A DNA stretch of 42,002 bases from Candidatus Deferrimicrobium sp. (GCA_049664185.1 JBATEU010000477.1:1-42002); one strand, 5' to 3'; numbered from the stretch's first letter, positions 33,542 to 42,002 are shown. Program-made: numbers and translations. Notes: generated by a model not told the origin, from the letters alone.

Positions 33542-34857
33542 CCGTTTCCCCGCGGGAGATCGGGGTCGGCATCGTCGGTTTCGGAACCGTCGGCACCGGC
33601 ACGGTCAAGCTTCTCCTCGAGAACGCGGAGCTTCTCCGGAAGCGCGTCGGGATCCCGATCCGGCTCGTCCGGGTCGCGGACCGGGACGCGGCGAAGGATC
33701 GGGGCGTTCGCCTTCCGGAGGGGGTCTTCATCGAGGACGGAATGCGGGTTGCCCGGGACCCCGACGTCCATATCCTCGTCGAACTCGTCGGCGGCACGGG
33801 CGCCGCGAAGGACTTCCTGCTCGAGGCGGTCCGCAACGGGAAGTCGGTGGTGACGGCGAACAAGGCCCTGCTTGCGGAGTGCGGCCCGGAAATCGTCAAG
33901 GCCGTCCAGGCCGCCGGCGTCGACATCGGGTTCGAGGCGAGCGTCGGCGGAGGGATCCCCATCATCCGGACGCTGCGGGAAGGCTTGGCGGCGAACCGGA
34001 TCCGGGCGATCTACGGGATCATCAACGGGACGTGCAACTACATCCTGTCGCGCATGACCAGGGAGGGGAAACCGTTCGCCGAGGTCCTCGCCGAGGCCCA
34101 GGCCGCCGGACTCGCCGAGGCGGACCCGTCGTTCGACGTCGACGGGATCGACACGGCGCACAAACTCGCGATCCTCGTATGGATTGCCACCGGCGGGCAC
34201 GTTCCCCCGAAAGAGATCTTCGTCCAGGGGATCCGGGAGATCGACCAGGAGGACATCTCCTTCGCGAAGGAGTTCGGGTACACGATCAAGCTTCTGGCGA
34301 TCGCGAAGGAGAACGGCGCGGGGATCGAGGCGCGGGTCCACCCGACGATGATCCCGTCCCATTACCTCCTGGCCACGGTCGACGGGGCCTACAACGCGAT
34401 CTACGTGAAGGGAGACTTCGTCGGTTCCTCCCTGTCGTACGGGCAGGGTGCGGGGATGCTTCCCACGGCGTCCGCGGTGGTGAGCGACGTGATCGAGATC
34501 GCCCGGAACCTTCGGAGGGGATGCGCGGGCCGGATACCGCCCGGGGGGTACTTCCTCGCCGATCCGTCGGCCCGGGCGGACCTCGCGCCGTTCGACCAGG
34601 TCCACTGCGAGTACTACCTTAAAATCCGGGTGGTGGACAAGCCCGGCGTCCTCTCGAGAATCGCGGGAGTGCTGGGGAGCCACGCGATCAGCATCGCGTC
34701 CGTGCTCCAGAAGGGACAGGGGCAGACCGCGGTTCCCATCTTCATCGTCACCCACCGGGCGAAGGAGAGCGACATGCGGGCGGCGCTCGCCGAGGTGGAC
34801 CGTCTTCCCGATGTCCTCGAACGGACGCGAATGATCCGGATCGAAAACAACCTCTGA
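33538..34857 (+). CDS. hom: Homoserine dehydrogenase
   Basis: The ATG at 33538 overlaps the aminotransferase stop (ATGA). [33 protein letters not shown], and a C-terminal ACT domain ([22 protein letters not shown]). Confidence 0.94.
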   Translation: MTVSPREIGVGIVGFGTVGTGTVKLLLENAELLRKRVGIPIRLVRVADRDAAKDRGVRLPEGVFIEDGMRVARDPDVHILVELVGGTGAAKDFLLEAVRNGKSVVTANKALLAECGPEIVKAVQAAGVDIGFEASVGGGIPIIRTLREGLAANRIRAIYGIINGTCNYILSRMTREGKPFAEVLAEAQAAGLAEADPSFDVDGIDTAHKLAILVWIATGGHVPPKEIFVQGIREIDQEDISFAKEFGYTIKLLAIAKENGAGIEARVHPTMIPSHYLLATVDGAYNAIYVKGDFVGSSLSYGQGAGMLPTASAVVSDVIEIARNLRRGCAGRIPPGGYFLADPSARADLAPFDQVHCEYYLKIRVVDKPGVLSRIAGVLGSHAISIASVLQKGQGQTAVPIFIVTHRAKESDMRAALAEVDRLPDVLERTRMIRIENNL

Positions 34858-34878
34858 GATAAAAGGACCCGAGGCGAT

Positions 34879-35934
34879 ATGCACTGGCAAGGGATCATCC
34901 GCCGTTACGGGCGGTTCTTCACCTCCGTTCCCGAGGAGGCCGTCGTCACGCTGCTGGAGGGGAACACCCCCCTCGTCCCGGCCCCCGCGCTGGCCCGGCG
35001 GATCGCTCCCGGAACCGAGCTGTACCTCAAATTCGAGGGGCTGAACCCGACCGGCTCCTTCAAGGACCGCGGGATGACAATGGCCGTCTCCAAGGCGAAG
35101 GCGGACGGTTCCGATTCGGTCATCTGCGCTTCCACCGGAAACACCTCCGCCTCCGCGGCCGCCTACGCCGCCCGCGCCGGCATGAAGGCGTTCGTCCTCA
35201 TCCCCGAGGGGAAAATCGCTTTGGGGAAGCTCTCCCAGGCGATGATCCACGGGGCGCAGGTGCTCCAGGTACTTGGCAACTTCGACGACGCCCTCTCGCT
35301 CGTCAAGGAAGTCTCGTCGAAGTACCCCGTGACGCTGGTGAACTCGCTGAACCCGTACCGGATCGAAGGGCAGAAGTCGGCCGCGTTCGAGATCGTCGAC
35401 GCCCTCGGAGACGCGCCCGACTACCACATCCTCCCGGTGGGGAACGCGGGGAACATCACCGCGTACTGGGCCGGGTACAAGGAGTACCGGGCCGCCGGGA
35501 AGGCGACTCGGCTTCCAGCGATGCTCGGCTGGCAGGCGGAAGGCGCCGCCCCGATCGTCCGTGGAGCCCCCGTCGCGAAGCCCGAGACGGTCGCCACCGC
35601 CATCCGGATCGGCAATCCCGCCTCCTGGAAACAGGCGGAGGCCGCGCGCGACGAATCCGGGGGGCTCATCCGGATGGTGAGCGACGCGGAGATCCTCGAG
35701 GCATACAAGCTGGTCGCCGAGACGGAAGGGATCTTCTGCGAGCCCGCGTCCGCCGCCTCGATCGCCGGCGTGATAAAATTGGGTACCGAAGGATTTTTCC
35801 GGGCGGGGCAGCGACTCGTTTGCACGCTGACCGGGCACGGGCTGAAGGACCCGGACAACGCCATCGCGCAGTCGGTGGCCCCCGTGACGATCCCCCCGGT
35901 TCTCGGGGACGTTCTCAAGATCCTCGGTTTCTAA
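34879..35934 (+). CDS. thrC: Threonine synthase
   Basis: [26 protein letters not shown] (PLP lysine), [17 protein letters not shown]. Confidence 0.95.
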   Translation: MHWQGIIRRYGRFFTSVPEEAVVTLLEGNTPLVPAPALARRIAPGTELYLKFEGLNPTGSFKDRGMTMAVSKAKADGSDSVICASTGNTSASAAAYAARAGMKAFVLIPEGKIALGKLSQAMIHGAQVLQVLGNFDDALSLVKEVSSKYPVTLVNSLNPYRIEGQKSAAFEIVDALGDAPDYHILPVGNAGNITAYWAGYKEYRAAGKATRLPAMLGWQAEGAAPIVRGAPVAKPETVATAIRIGNPASWKQAEAARDESGGLIRMVSDAEILEAYKLVAETEGIFCEPASAASIAGVIKLGTEGFFRAGQRLVCTLTGHGLKDPDNAIAQSVAPVTIPPVLGDVLKILGF

Positions 35935-36099
35935 GTGTTGCGGTTCATGAATACGGTGTCGCACCGAGAGGGTCGATGCGCCGCATCCGGCAAGGCGTCG
36001 CGACCGAGGCGTACTGGGCAGGTACGGTGAGGGAGCGCGTACTTCGCCGGGGCGGATGCAGCGGCACTCGAATGCAACCGTATTCATGAATCGCAGCAC
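35935..36099. mobile_element. MITE-like element: 165 bp, 23-bp imperfect terminal inverted repeats, flanked by a TAA direct repeat
   Basis: Left arm 35935-35957 is GTGTTGCGGTTCATGAATACGGT. Right arm 36077-36099 is ACCGTATTCATGAATCGCAGCAC, whose reverse complement GTGCTGCGATTCATGAATACGGT matches 21 of 23 positions. TAA lies at 35932-35934 (the thrC stop) and again at 36100-36102. No ORF of coding quality lies inside. Alternatively this is a structured intercistronic RNA closed by a stem of about 24 bp. Confidence 0.5.
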
Positions 36100-36113
36100 T
36101 AAAGGAGACGGCG

Positions 36114-37319
36114 ATGGCTGGGAAATACATCATCCTGATCGGCGACGGCATGGCCGACTGGCCAATCCCGGCGATCGCCAACCGCACGCCGCTCGAGGCC
36201 GCGGAGGTACCGAACATGGATTTCATGGCGGCCAACGGCGCCGTCGGGATGGTGCAGGTCGTCCCGAAAGAGATGTACCCGGGCAGCGACGTGTCGAACC
36301 TGAGCATCCTGGGGTACGACCCCGCCGTCGTCTACACCGGCCGCTCGCCGCTCGAGGCGGCCTCCATCGGCATCTCGCTCGGACCGGACGACGTCGCTGT
36401 CCGATGCAACCTGGTGGCGTTGAAAAACGAAGGGGCCGACTCCGAGATGGAGGATTTCTCCGCAGGGCATATCTCCACCTCCGAAGCGGCGGAGCTTCTC
36501 GCCTCCCTCCAGGAGGCTGTCGCCGACAAGGGGATCCGGTTCCACACCGGCGTGTCCTATCGCCACCTGATGGTCTGGCCGGGCGGGTGCGACGGAGTGA
36601 AGACGACCCCTCCGCACGACATCCATGGGAAGAAGATCACTCGCTACCTTCCCCAGGGGGACGGCGCGGAATTCCTCCTGACGATCATGGAAATCTCCCG
36701 CGAAATCTTTTCCGATCACCCGGTGAACCGGAAGAGGGTGGCGGCGGGGAAGCTTCCCGGCAACGCGGTATGGCTCTGGGGGCAGGGAAAGGCCCCCCGC
36801 ATCCCAACGTTCGAGGAAAGGTTCGGCCTCACCGGATCCGTGGTCGCCGCGGTGGACCTCATCAAGGGGATCGGGATCTACGCGGGGCTCGAAGTGGTCG
36901 CCGTTCCGGGCGCCACCGGATACACCGACACGAACTACCGGGGAAAGGCGGAATACGCCCTGCGGGAGCTCGAGAGGAAGGACTTCGTCCTGATCCACGT
37001 GGAGGCCCCCGACGAGGCCGGACACAACGGGAGCGTGGAAGAGAAGATCCGCGCGATCGAACGGATCGACCGGGAGATGCTGACCCCCCTCCTCGCGAGA
37101 GCGCGGGAGAAGGGGGACCTCCGGATCCTCCTGTTGCCGGACCATCCGACCCCCGTCGCGATCCGGACCCACGCGCAGGAGCCGGTACCGTTCGTCTTCT
37201 ACCCGGCGCCTCCCGGCCTGGTCACGACCCCCGGGAAGCGATACACGGAGGCGGATGCCCGGGAGTCGGGGCAGTTCGTCCCGGCGGGCACTCGCCTGAT
37301 CGAATACCTGCTCGCCTGA
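36114..37319 (+). CDS. Cofactor-independent phosphoglycerate mutase-like protein (ApgM family; 'proposed homoserine kinase' subgroup)
   Basis: YIILIGDGMADWP, PNMD, GSDVSNLSILGYDP, FHTGVSYRHL, IHVEAPDEAGHNG, LLLPDHPTP. These are alkaline-phosphatase-superfamily metal ligands. The gene sits directly downstream of hom-thrC. Confidence 0.85.
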   Translation: MAGKYIILIGDGMADWPIPAIANRTPLEAAEVPNMDFMAANGAVGMVQVVPKEMYPGSDVSNLSILGYDPAVVYTGRSPLEAASIGISLGPDDVAVRCNLVALKNEGADSEMEDFSAGHISTSEAAELLASLQEAVADKGIRFHTGVSYRHLMVWPGGCDGVKTTPPHDIHGKKITRYLPQGDGAEFLLTIMEISREIFSDHPVNRKRVAAGKLPGNAVWLWGQGKAPRIPTFEERFGLTGSVVAAVDLIKGIGIYAGLEVVAVPGATGYTDTNYRGKAEYALRELERKDFVLIHVEAPDEAGHNGSVEEKIRAIERIDREMLTPLLARAREKGDLRILLLPDHPTPVAIRTHAQEPVPFVFYPAPPGLVTTPGKRYTEADARESGQFVPAGTRLIEYLLA

Positions 37320-37390
37320 CGGGGGGCACCCCACTCCCGTACGAAGTGCGATCCCTGGGGTACCCTCACCGTAGGAATAACGGAGGGCAC

Positions 37391-37810
37391 GTGGAGCATG
37401 TCGCCACCGTCCGGGTGATCTTCGGCGACACGGATGCCGCCGGGATCGTCTATTACGGAAACTACCTTCGCTGGTTCGAGGTCGGCCGGGCGGAGCTGAT
37501 GCGGCGAAAAGGGTTTTCGTACCTCGACACGATGGAGCGGGGAGTCCTCCTCCCCGTCATCGAGTCGAGCGCCCGTTACCACGCATCCGCGCGGTACGAC
37601 GACGTGCTCCGGATCCACGCGGAGATCCGTGACGTTCGGGGCGTGCGCCTGACATTCGGATACCGGATCGAACGGGACGACGGGACCTCCCTGGTGACGG
37701 GGCATACCGTTCACGCGTTCACGGGACGGGACGGGAGACCGGTGCGACCTCCCGCGGAGTTCCGCGCGTTGTCGCTTTCGAACGACATATCCCGGGAAAA
37801 GGGGGCCTGA
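37391..37810 (+). CDS. Acyl-CoA thioesterase, YbgC/4HBT hotdog family
   Basis: VRVIFGDTDAAGIVYYGNYLRWFEVGRAELMR...LLPVIESSARYHASARYDDVL. The GTG at 37391 follows GGAGGG. ORF 36056..37810 is an upstream shadow extension. Confidence 0.85.
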   Translation: MEHVATVRVIFGDTDAAGIVYYGNYLRWFEVGRAELMRRKGFSYLDTMERGVLLPVIESSARYHASARYDDVLRIHAEIRDVRGVRLTFGYRIERDDGTSLVTGHTVHAFTGRDGRPVRPPAEFRALSLSNDISREKGA

Positions 37811-37812
37811 CG

Positions 37813-38769
37813 ATGGAACGGAACCTGGCATTGGAGGTCGTCCGTGTGACCGAGGCGGCGGCGCTCGCCGCGGCGAGGCTGATGGGGCGCGGAGACAATA
37901 TCGCGGCGGACCAGGCGGCGGTCACTGCGATGCGGAAAGCCCTGAGCTACGTCCAGTTCAAGGGGCGCGTCGTCATCGGCGAGGGGGAGCGGGACGAGGC
38001 TCCCATGCTCTTCATCGGCGAGGAGGTCGGCGCGGCGGAAACACCGAAAGTGGACATCGCCGTCGATCCGCTCGAGGGGACGAACATCGTGTCGGCGGGG
38101 GGATACAACGCCATCGCCGTGATCGCCATCGCGGAAGAGGGAGGGTTCCTCCACGCTCCCGACACGTACATGCAGAAACTCGCGGTGGGGCCGAAGGCGC
38201 GCGGCGTGATCGACATCACCGCGACCCCGACGGAGAATCTCCGCAGGATCGCCAAGGCCCAGAAGGCCTACGTCGAGGACCTCTGTGTTGTCATCCTCGA
38301 CCGGCCGAGGCACCAGGACCTGATCAGGGAGGTCCGGGAGGCGGGGGCGCGGATCAAGCTGATCGGGGACGGCGACGTGGCGGGAGCGATCGCGACGTCG
38401 AAAGAAGGGTCCGGGGTCGACGTCCTCATGGGGACGGGCGGCGCGCCGGAAGGGGTGTTGGCCGCCGCGGCGTTGAAATGCATGGGCGGGGACTTCCAGG
38501 GCATCCTCAAGTTCCGGAACAAGGAAGAGATCGAGCGCGCGAAATTGATGGGGGTCGCCGACCTGAACCGCGTCTACACCCTCGACGACCTGGCGAGAAG
38601 CGACGTGATGTTCGCCGCCACCGGGGTCACCTTCGGCGATTTCCTGAAGGGCGTCCGGTTCTTCAGCGGCGGCGCGTACACCCAGTCCGTCGTGATGCGC
38701 TCCCGTTCCCGCACCACCCGCCTCATCGACACGACGCACTACTTCGAGTTCAAGCCGAAGTACGAGTAA
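37813..38769 (+). CDS. glpX: Class II fructose-1,6-bisphosphatase
   Basis: LALEVVRVTEAAALAAARLMGRGD, GEGERDEAPML, VDPLEGTN, LIGDGDVAGAI, GTGGAPEGVLAAAALKC. Confidence 0.94.
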   Translation: MERNLALEVVRVTEAAALAAARLMGRGDNIAADQAAVTAMRKALSYVQFKGRVVIGEGERDEAPMLFIGEEVGAAETPKVDIAVDPLEGTNIVSAGGYNAIAVIAIAEEGGFLHAPDTYMQKLAVGPKARGVIDITATPTENLRRIAKAQKAYVEDLCVVILDRPRHQDLIREVREAGARIKLIGDGDVAGAIATSKEGSGVDVLMGTGGAPEGVLAAAALKCMGGDFQGILKFRNKEEIERAKLMGVADLNRVYTLDDLARSDVMFAATGVTFGDFLKGVRFFSGGAYTQSVVMRSRSRTTRLIDTTHYFEFKPKYE

Positions 38770-38780
38770 ATCCACACGTC

Positions 38781-38915
38781 GCGGAGGGCGCAGCGGGGGG
38801 TTCCACGCAGCGGCGTACGCAGCAAGGCGGGGATTGCGTCGAGCGGAGTCGCAGTGAGCGGTCGAAGGTCGCGAGCGTAGCGGAGTGGAAGCCGCCCGCG
38901 AGCACCGCAGCGACT
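38781..38915. repeat. GC-rich non-coding spacer with degenerate ~15-17-nt periodic CGCAG / RGCGG motifs
   Basis: AGCGG or GGCGG occurs at 38792, 38809, 38826, 38842, 38857 and 38879, giving spacings of 17, 17, 16, 15 and 22 nt. CGCAG occurs at 38789, 38806, 38818, 38850 and 38906. I found no convincing ORF in any frame. Confidence 0.35.
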
Positions 38916-38938
38916 TACTGATTACAGGAATTAAGTGA

Positions 38939-39166
38939 ACGAGGGAGGACAGGGTTACGGCGACGGGGCGGATCGAGATCGATTTCGAGCGGTGCAAGGC
39001 GTGCGAACTTTGCGTTCCCGCCTGCCCGAAGGATTGCATCGGGATGGGCGCGGCCATCAACCGGCAGGGATACGCGTCCGCCGTCTTCGAGCGTCCCGAC
39101 GACTGCACGGGGTGCGCGATCTGCGCCGAGACGTGCCCCGACGCGTGCATCCTGGTGTGGCGATGA
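38939..39166 (+). CDS. korD: 2x[4Fe-4S] ferredoxin-type delta subunit of 2-oxoacid:ferredoxin oxidoreductase (KorD/OorD-like)
   Basis: Absent from the supplied ORF track. My own translation of the frame whose stop is at 39164-39166 gives ...[67 protein letters not shown]. It contains two CxxCxxCxxxCP motifs. The stop overlaps the korA ATG (ATGA). The open frame begins after a TGA at 38936-38938 and has no ATG/GTG/TTG before the first cluster, so the 5' coordinate is only the frame boundary. Confidence 0.75.
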   Translation, partial: TREDRVTATGRIEIDFERCKACELCVPACPKDCIGMGAAINRQGYASAVFERPDDCTGCAICAETCPDACILVWR

Positions 39167-40242
39167 GCGCCCTGGCGGCGTCCCCGTCGAAGCGGATCCT
39201 CACCAAGGGGAACGAGGCGATCTGCCTCGGGGCCGTCGCGGCCGGGTGCCGCCATTATTACGGCTACCCGATCACCCCGCAGAACGACATCCCCGAATAC
39301 ATGGCGGCGCACCTGCCGGCTCTCGGCGGAACGTTTCTGCAGGCCGAGAGCGAAGTCGCGACGATCAACTTCATCCTCGGAACCTCCGCCTCCGGGAAGC
39401 GTGTGATGACCTCCTCCTCGGGCCCCGGGATTTCCCTGATGCAGGAAGGGCTATCCTACATGGCGGGATCCGAGCTTCCCGCGGTGATCGTCAACATTTC
39501 CCGGTCGGGGCCCGGTCTCGGCGGCATCGCCCCCTCCCAGGGGGATTACTTCCAGGCGGTCAAGGGGGGCGGTCACGGCGGGTACCGGCTGATCGTCCTG
39601 GCGCCGCATTCGGTCCAGGAGATGTACACCTTGACGATGCTCGCCTTCGACCTGGCGGACAAGTACCGCACTCCCGCCATGATCCTCGGGGACGCCATCG
39701 TCGGCCAGATGAAGGAACCGTTTGTCGCGTCCGCGTACGATCCGGCGGCGACGGTGGAGAAACCGTGGGCGTTGACAGGCTGTGCCGGCCGCGAACGCAG
39801 GAACGTGAAGTCCCTTCACCTGAAAGACAACGCCATCGAGATCCACAACTGGAAGCTGCACGGGAAATACGAGCGGATCCGCAAGGAGGAGGCGCGGGCG
39901 GAATCGTACATGCTCGACGGCGCCAGGATCGCGATCGTCGCGTTCGGGACAGCGGCCCGGGTGAGCAAAACGGCCATCCAGTGGGCCCGCAAGGAGGGAA
40001 TCGCCGCCGGGATGCTGCGACCGATCACGCTCTTCCCGTTCCCCGAGCGGGAGGTCTGCGAACTGGCGAAGAGGGTCGAGGTCCTTCTGGTCATCGAAAT
40101 GAACACGGGGCAGATGGTGGAGGACGTCCGGCAGTGCACGCCACATCACGACCGGATCGCGTTTCTCGGAAAACCGTGCGCCATGCCCACCCCCGAGGAG
40201 ATCCTCGAACGAATACGGCTGCTGGCAGGGAGGAAGGGATGA
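39163..40242 (+). CDS. korA: 2-oxoacid:ferredoxin oxidoreductase alpha subunit
   Basis: [70 protein letters not shown] 38935..40242 is an N-terminal shadow extension across korD. Confidence 0.9.
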   Translation: MSALAASPSKRILTKGNEAICLGAVAAGCRHYYGYPITPQNDIPEYMAAHLPALGGTFLQAESEVATINFILGTSASGKRVMTSSSGPGISLMQEGLSYMAGSELPAVIVNISRSGPGLGGIAPSQGDYFQAVKGGGHGGYRLIVLAPHSVQEMYTLTMLAFDLADKYRTPAMILGDAIVGQMKEPFVASAYDPAATVEKPWALTGCAGRERRNVKSLHLKDNAIEIHNWKLHGKYERIRKEEARAESYMLDGARIAIVAFGTAARVSKTAIQWARKEGIAAGMLRPITLFPFPEREVCELAKRVEVLLVIEMNTGQMVEDVRQCTPHHDRIAFLGKPCAMPTPEEILERIRLLAGRKG

Positions 40243-41018
40243 GCGCCCCCGGGAAGGCCGGGTTTTCGAAACCGGTGTACACACGGCCCCGGAGCCTGGT
40301 AGACGTCAAGAGCCACTTCTGCCCGGGATGCCACCACGGTACGATCCACAAGATCCTCGCGGAGTGCATCGACCGGTACGGACTCCGGGAGAAGACGATC
40401 GGCGTGGCGTGCGTCGGGTGCTCCGTGTTCCTGTACGATTACATCGACGTGGACGTGGTCGAGTCGCCGCACGGGCGAGCCCCCGCGGTGGCGACCGGCG
40501 TCAAGCGGGCGCAGCCGGACAAGTTCGTCTTCACCTACCAGGGGGACGGCGACCTGGCGGCGATCGGAACGTCCGAGATCATTCACGCCGCGAACCGCGG
40601 CGAGAACCTCTCCGTGATCTTCGTGAACAACACGACCTACGGAATGACCGGTGGACAGATGGCGCCCACCACGATGCTGGGGCAGAAGACCTCCACCACC
40701 CCGTACGGACGCGATTTCCGCGGCGACGGCTATCCGATCCGGATGGCCGAACTCCTTGCCGGGCTCGAGGGGACGGCCTACTCCGCCCGGGTCGCGGTCT
40801 CCACCCCCGCCCAGATCCGGAAGGCCAAGGAGTCCCTCCGCAAGGCGTTCGAGATGCAGATCGCCGGGATGGGGCTTTCCGTCGTCGAGTTCCTCTCCAC
40901 CTGCCCGACGAACTGGGGGATGAAGCCGCTGGACGCGCAGAAACGGGTGCTCGGGGAGATGTCGGAATATTTCCCGCTGGGAGTGTTCAAGGAGCGGAAG
41001 CAGGCGGACTTCGCGTGA
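40239..41018 (+). CDS. korB: 2-oxoacid:ferredoxin oxidoreductase beta subunit (TPP-binding)
   Basis: The ATG at 40239 overlaps the korA stop (ATGA). [34 protein letters not shown]. Confidence 0.9.
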   Translation: MSAPGKAGFSKPVYTRPRSLVDVKSHFCPGCHHGTIHKILAECIDRYGLREKTIGVACVGCSVFLYDYIDVDVVESPHGRAPAVATGVKRAQPDKFVFTYQGDGDLAAIGTSEIIHAANRGENLSVIFVNNTTYGMTGGQMAPTTMLGQKTSTTPYGRDFRGDGYPIRMAELLAGLEGTAYSARVAVSTPAQIRKAKESLRKAFEMQIAGMGLSVVEFLSTCPTNWGMKPLDAQKRVLGEMSEYFPLGVFKERKQADFA

Positions 41019-41566
41019 CGGGCGACATCATCATGGCGGGGTTCGGCGGCCAGGGGATCCTGATGATCGGGAACCTGCTGGCCCTCACGGCGATGGAGGA
41101 GGGGAAGCACGTCACCTACTTCCCCGCCTACGGGGTGGAGATGCGGGGCGGCACGGCGAACTGCACGGTGGTCGTCTCCGACGAGGAGATCGGCTCCCCC
41201 GTGGTCGGGCGCCCGAAGGGGCTTCTCATCATGAACGGCCCCTCGATGGAGAAATTCCTCCCAATGCTCGCGCCGGGCGGGGACCTCATCATCAACAGTT
41301 CCCTGGTGGCGGATCGGCAGGTGACCCGGGACGATATCCGGCTCCTCCCGGTCCCCGCGGACGACATCGCCCGCAACAAGATCGGCAGCAGGCAGATGGC
41401 GTCGATGGTCGCGCTCGGGGCATACGTCGCCCGGTCCGGCATCGTGAAGCTTTCGACCGTGTTCGAATGCCTCCCGAAGGTGATCTCGAAGAAATACGAA
41501 AAATTCATCCCCCTGAACGTCAACGCATTGAAGGAAGGAGCCGCCCTTGCCGGATTTCACGCGTGA
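41015..41566 (+). CDS. korC: 2-oxoacid:ferredoxin oxidoreductase gamma subunit
   Basis: The GTG at 41015 overlaps the korB stop (GTGA). [36 protein letters not shown]. Confidence 0.88.
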   Translation: MTGDIIMAGFGGQGILMIGNLLALTAMEEGKHVTYFPAYGVEMRGGTANCTVVVSDEEIGSPVVGRPKGLLIMNGPSMEKFLPMLAPGGDLIINSSLVADRQVTRDDIRLLPVPADDIARNKIGSRQMASMVALGAYVARSGIVKLSTVFECLPKVISKKYEKFIPLNVNALKEGAALAGFHA

Positions 41567-41573
41567 CGAAACG

Positions 41574-42002
41574 ATGGACGACGTCCTGTCCGAAGTGGCC
41601 AGGGAGTCGGGTGAACCGGAAAAACCGACGGGAGATCCCGAGGTCCAGGTGGGGGAGCACGTGAGGTCATTCCGTGAAACCCTGGGCATGACCGTGCAGC
41701 AGTTCGCCGAACGGACCGGATTCTCCGCCGCGCTGCTGACGCAGATCGAAAACCGGATGGTCTCGCCTTCCCTCGGGACGCTTGTGAAGATCGCCAACAC
41801 TTTCGGAACCACCGTCTCCTCGTTCATCGGAGGAAAGGTGGAGCGGGAGTTCTCCATCGTCCGGAAGGAGGACCGCACCACCGTCTCCCGGGTCGGCCTC
41901 AAGGAAGGCGGGAAGTCCACATACACCTACGAATCCCTCGGCGCCGGGAAGGCGGGGAGGAAGATGGAGCCCTTCCTCGTCCGGCTACAGCCGCTCTCGG
42001 AG
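41574..42002 (+). CDS. XRE-family HTH transcriptional regulator with C-terminal cupin domain (3' end outside the window)
   Basis: Absent from the ORF track because no stop lies within the window. My translation gives MDDVLSEVARESGEPEKPTGDPEVQVGEHVRSFRETLGMTVQQFAERTGFSAALLTQIENRMVSPSLGTLVKIANTFGTTVSSFI (HTH_3-like), followed by the start of a cupin region (FSIVRKEDRTTV...YTYESLG...MEPFLVRLQP). An alternative TTG start at 41547 lies 6 nt after AGGAG and overlaps the korC end. Confidence 0.75.
   Translation, partial: MDDVLSEVARESGEPEKPTGDPEVQVGEHVRSFRETLGMTVQQFAERTGFSAALLTQIENRMVSPSLGTLVKIANTFGTTVSSFIGGKVEREFSIVRKEDRTTVSRVGLKEGGKSTYTYESLGAGKAGRKMEPFLVRLQPLSE

Noticed and set aside
33235-36099. 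954-aa minus-strand ORF opposite hom and thrC. Similar long antisense ORFs occur at 1791..3440, 3215..5137, 7774..9393, 12109..14070, 16912..19209 and 28146..30167.
   Set aside because: All lie opposite strongly supported housekeeping genes, have biased R/P/G/D composition and lack identifiable domains. They are high-GC shadow ORFs.
38781-38915. Periodic repeats, considered as a degenerate CRISPR array or a tRNA-like gene (GGTCGAAGG resembles a T-loop).
   Set aside because: The units are only ~16 nt with no repeat/spacer alternation, and no cas genes are present. No cloverleaf (acceptor, D and anticodon arms) can be drawn around the T-loop-like string.

Overview
High-GC bacterial chromosomal window, almost entirely conserved housekeeping genes. 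36 of the 37 CDS I can support lie on the + strand, and many are joined by ATGA/GTGA stop-start overlaps.

Gene content, in order:
- GAF-GGDEF diguanylate cyclase.
- Gene train 1 (1677-19693): argS, SPOR-domain protein, trpE, fused trpG-trpD, trpC, trpB2, trpF, trpB, trpA, accD, folC, lptD, an NAD-dependent sugar epimerase, lepA, lepB.
- Gene train 2, a PyrR-attenuated pyrimidine cluster (19716-30287): pyrR, pyrB, pyrC, carA, a PflX-like radical SAM gene, carB, recG.
- A short lower-GC stretch: a small secreted protein, an aldo/keto reductase, and a coiled-coil protein that is the only minus-strand gene.
- Gene train 3: aminotransferase, hom, thrC, an iPGM/ApgM-like gene (proposed homoserine kinase family), a YbgC-type thioesterase, glpX.
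- An oorDABC-type 2-oxoacid:ferredoxin oxidoreductase (delta-alpha-beta-gamma), then a 3'-truncated XRE-cupin regulator.

I see no CRISPR array, rRNA, tRNA, transposase, toxin-antitoxin pair or recognisable defence system. I cannot support a claim that this window holds a novel multi-gene system.

The observations most worth a second look:
1. A 165-bp MITE-like element with 23-bp terminal inverted repeats and a TAA duplication, inserted exactly at the thrC stop codon.
2. A ferredoxin (korD/oorD-like) ORF that is missing from the ORF track and has no canonical start codon.
3. A GC-rich, ORF-free spacer of about 165 nt with roughly 16-nt periodic CGCAG/RGCGG motifs upstream of the kor operon.
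4. trpC with no canonical start codon.
5. trpB2 embedded in the trp operon alongside trpB1-trpA.
6. A radical SAM gene splitting carA from carB.

The very long alternative-frame and antisense ORFs in the track are high-GC shadow ORFs.
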